Assembly (NCBI RefSeq): GCF_009914755.1
Contig: NC_060925.1
DNA from: the human T2T-CHM13v2.0 reference genome, Homo sapiens
Length of the DNA stretch: 64,000 bases
Strand: one strand, 5' to 3'
Shown: piece after piece, positions 60,185 to 64,000 of the stretch
Numbering within the stretch: position 1 is the stretch's first letter
How the letters are laid out: every line of letters starts with the position of its first letter
Program-made: the position numbers and the translations under genes
The notes under the pieces: generated by a model
What the model was told of the DNA's origin: nothing
The model's database searches: none
Seen by the model: only the letters and a program-made list of their open reading frames with translations

Positions 60185-60565
60185 TAGTAGAGATGAGGGT
60201 TCACCATCTTGGCCAGGCTGGTCTCAAACTCCTGACCTTGTGATCCGCCCGCCTCAGCCTCCCAAAGTGCTGGGATTTCAGGCGTGAGCCACCACGCCCA
60301 GCCTTATTTATTATTTTTGAGACAGTGTCTCACTCTGTCACCCAGGCTGGGGTGCAGTGGTGCAATCTCATTTCAGTGCAGCCTCACCTAACTGGCTCAG
60401 GTGATCCTCTCACCTCAGCCTCCTGGGTAGCTGGGATTACAGGCATGCACCACCACACCCAGCCATATTTTATTTATTTAGAAACTATCTCAGGCTGGGC
60501 ACAGTGACTCATGCCTGTAATCCCAGCATTTTGAGAGGTGGAGGTGGGCAGATTGCTTGAGCTCA

Positions 60566-60873
<308 letters not shown>

Positions 60874-61513
60874 CTACAGCCTAGGTGACAAGAGCAAAAC
60901 TCCATCTCAAAAACAAAAAAAAAAATTTTTTTTTAATTAGCCGTGTGTGGTGGTACACGCCTGTGATCTCAGCTACTCGGGAGGTAGACGTGGGAAGATC
61001 TCTTGAGCCCAGGAGTTTAAGGCTGAAGTGAGCCATGATCTTACCACTGAGCTCCAGCCTGGGAGACAGAGTAAAAAAAAGAGTGTCGTCCACGTTTATT
61101 TTTAAATTTTTTCTTTTTTTTTGAGACGGAGTTTCACTCTTGTTGCCCGGGCTAGAGTGGAATGGCGCGATCTCAGCTCACTGCAGCCTCCACCTCCTGG
61201 GTTCAAGTGATTCTCTTGCCTCAGCCTCCTGAGTAGCTGGGATTATAGGCACCCACCGCCACCCCCAGCTAATTTTTTGTATTTTCAGTAGAAATGGGGT
61301 TTCATCATGTTGGCCAGGCTAGTCTCAAACTCCTGACCTCAGGTGATCCACCCACCTCGGCCTCCTGAACTGCTGGGATTATTGGCGTGAGCCACCAAGC
61401 CTGGCCTTTAAATTTTTTTTTAACAGACAGGGTCTCACTGTGTTGTTGAGGCTTGAGTGGTGCACATTTTAAGAAAAAAAGGCGTAAGTAACTTTGTTTC
61501 CCAACGTCTAAGG

Positions 61514-61730
61514 CAAGGTTTCTGATTCTGATTCCAGGGATTCCTCAAGTGCCCATAAACCCCTGGAAATTATGTAAAAGGAATGCGAGGGTGTCTATGT
61601 ATATCTGTGTATGTGTGTGCACACGGGTGTCAGCACGTGACATGCACATTTTTTGGGGAGTTAGAGCCACAGCACTTGATGGGGTTTCAAAGGGAGTCCA
61701 TGTCTCAGAAGATGGCTACAAACCACTGCT
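61514..61730 (+). mobile_element. MER103C-like hAT fossil
   Basis: cccctggaaattatgtaaaa...tgcacattttttggggag...tcaaagggagtccatgtctcag...aaccactg. Confidence 0.55.
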
Positions 61731-64000
61731 CTGAAGGCAAGGTCATCCAGGGAATGGCTGCTTAGAGCTTTCCTCTCTCCACGGTGTGCGGACTTGGGAA
61801 TCTGGCCGCTCCTTTTTCTGCTCACAGGCTGTCTTTCTGCATGCTTTCCACTGATGCGAGGGTGGGGACTTCTCTCAGCCCGAACCGTTTGCTCCACTGT
61901 CTCATGACATGAAAACAAATGTGCACGAAACAGCCCATTCATTAAAAGAATCATGCGAAGAATGACCTCCGCCTGCAGTAGTCATCAAATAACAGAATAA
62001 TTCAGGGCTGGAGGGGTAGGGAGGGGACATCAAGATGCAGAGATCTCATTTGTCTTTTCATTCTGGCAGTTTGGCTCAGAATGACCAAATGTTCATAGAA
62101 ATATGAACCCTGTAACCACGGCATTTAAAACTCCAAATATTTTAATCCTTGAACATATATGGGATGCATTGTGTTGGACTAACTTCAGATCTGGGTAACT
62201 AAAGATTTCTCTAATTGGAAATAAATAGTAAAAGAAATTATATTTGAGACCAGGTGCGGTGGCTCACACCTGTAATCCCAGCACTTTGGGAGGCCAAAGT
62301 GGGCAGATCACTTGAAGTCAGGAGTTTGAGACCAGCCTGGCCAACATGGTGAAACCCCATCTCTACTAAAAATACAAAAATTAGCAGGGCGTGGTGGCGG
62401 GTGCCTGTAGTCCCAGCTACTCAGGAGGCTGAGGCAGGACAATCACTCGAACATGGGAGGCAGAGGTTGCAGTGAGCCGAGAATGTGCCTTCACTCCAGC
62501 CTGGGCAACAGAGCAAGACTCTGTCTCAAAAAAAAAAAAAAAAGAAAAAAGAAAGAAAGAAATTATATTTGAGAAAAATACAATCTGGTCTTTTTCCCTC
62601 CAACCATCTAAAGTTCAATACTGTGATAGCCAAGTTCTTTCAGTTAGTTGCCTTTGCAGGTTCATGTTTATTCATCAGCTACACTTTCCAAAATCATATT
62701 ATTTGTGGAGGATTCTGAGTAGTGAAAATTAGTAGCTTGATGTCTCATCTAAATGCCAAAAATATGCAGCAGAAATACAGTTAAAAATAACTTTAATTGA
62801 ACAAATGTTTGAAATAACTCATCTTTTTTTTTTATATATTTCATGACACAATGAAAAGATATCATGGCCATTTCTGGAAAAGGAGATTTATCTGCCAAGA
62901 GCCATATGTGCTGACCTTCAAATTCACAAGTGCTGAAACCGCTAATGACCAACAAAAGTGTTTCCTCTGAGTGGGATTCCATATCCCCCCAGACCCCTAC
63001 TGCTGTATTCTGTTTTTACCTTGCAGCAATAAAAAGTAGCTCATTCTTGGTTTTTATCTGGCAAAATATCACAATTTAATTAAATTATTTTGGTGTGAGT
63101 CCAAAACAGTCTCTCCACAGTGTCACGAAAGTTATAGGTTTTCTGATAGATGCCAAGACCATTAAGCCCACTTTATGATAATTATGCACCCATGTATCAT
63201 GCTCATCTATATTTTACAGTTCATTATTTAACAGTGCTTATCTCAAAGGTTAAAGTCTTTATAGGATCATTTGGCTGATTCTTAACTTGGCTAATTTACA
63301 AATAATCTCACAAATATCTTTTTGTCACTGATATTTGTCCACAAAGATCTGATTGAGAGTATGGAATCTTTACATTATAAATGCTTCACTGCTTTAACTA
63401 GATGCTCTTCCGAGTTTCCTTATGACAAATAATGACCACTCTGTCAAATAAATGCAATACACATTCATAATGTGGTGAACTGATTTTTTAAACCATTTTT
63501 CCTTCATTGTAAATTAGAAATCAATAATCTAAGTTGTATTTCCTGCTCATTAATGCACATTAATAAAAGCCATCATATAAAAAAAGAAAGCTGAAAACAT
63601 GGAAAAAATAACAAAAGATCTTTTTCATAATAAAACATTTTGGGTTACTAATGAAACTAATTAAAAGTACGAAAATTCTAAAAGATTCGTATAAATGCAA
63701 TAAATCATCCTAAAGATTGAAATGCATGTAATGTTTATAGGGCTGTTTCCTGGGCCGGGGAAACACACTAGGGATACACTAGCCAGATCGTTGGAATTCT
63801 AGCCAATGCCTCTTTCATTTCTTATAGAGAAACACAAGTCGATTTTTGATGCTTATTAAAAAAAAGTGATTCCTTGATTCATATCTTAACTGAAAATTAT
63901 AACTTATTAACAAAGGGTAAGAACATCAGAACTATCCATAATAATTGGTCTTGGTCTATCACACAAATATTTGTTCCCTTCCTACACAGGACTGTTTTCT

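Overview
Human-like (primate), very Alu-rich genomic DNA with no intact protein-coding exon. A CpG-island promoter at ~42.4-43.65 kb drives a minus-strand gene. Its non-coding exon 1 ends at a canonical donor (42616), and a 185-nt 5'UTR cassette exon lies at 17858-18042; the rest of 1-42.6 kb is intron. I recognise this as the 5' end of RERE (1p36.23) from recall of the order and spacing of RPL7, RPL27 and RPL23A pseudogenes around the promoter, not from coding sequence. The window also holds a Y1 RNA retropseudogene, dozens of Alus, and L2, MIR, L1M, MLT1, MER30, MER103 and Tigger fossils. Most ORFs in the track are Alu or GC-rich artefacts. The most interesting observations are: (i) a near full-length ancient AmnSINE1 (5S head plus Deu domain) ~5 kb upstream of the promoter, a candidate exapted enhancer; (ii) an RPL23A retrocopy that appears semi-processed, keeping an intron 3' end, with no poly(A) or TSD; (iii) a uORF-loaded cassette exon that could tune translation; (iv) a multi-layer nested insertion stack (AluJ hosting Alu, RPL27P and MER30) with readable TSDs. 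I found no convincing wholly new biological system. All repeat family calls were made by eye against remembered consensus sequences.
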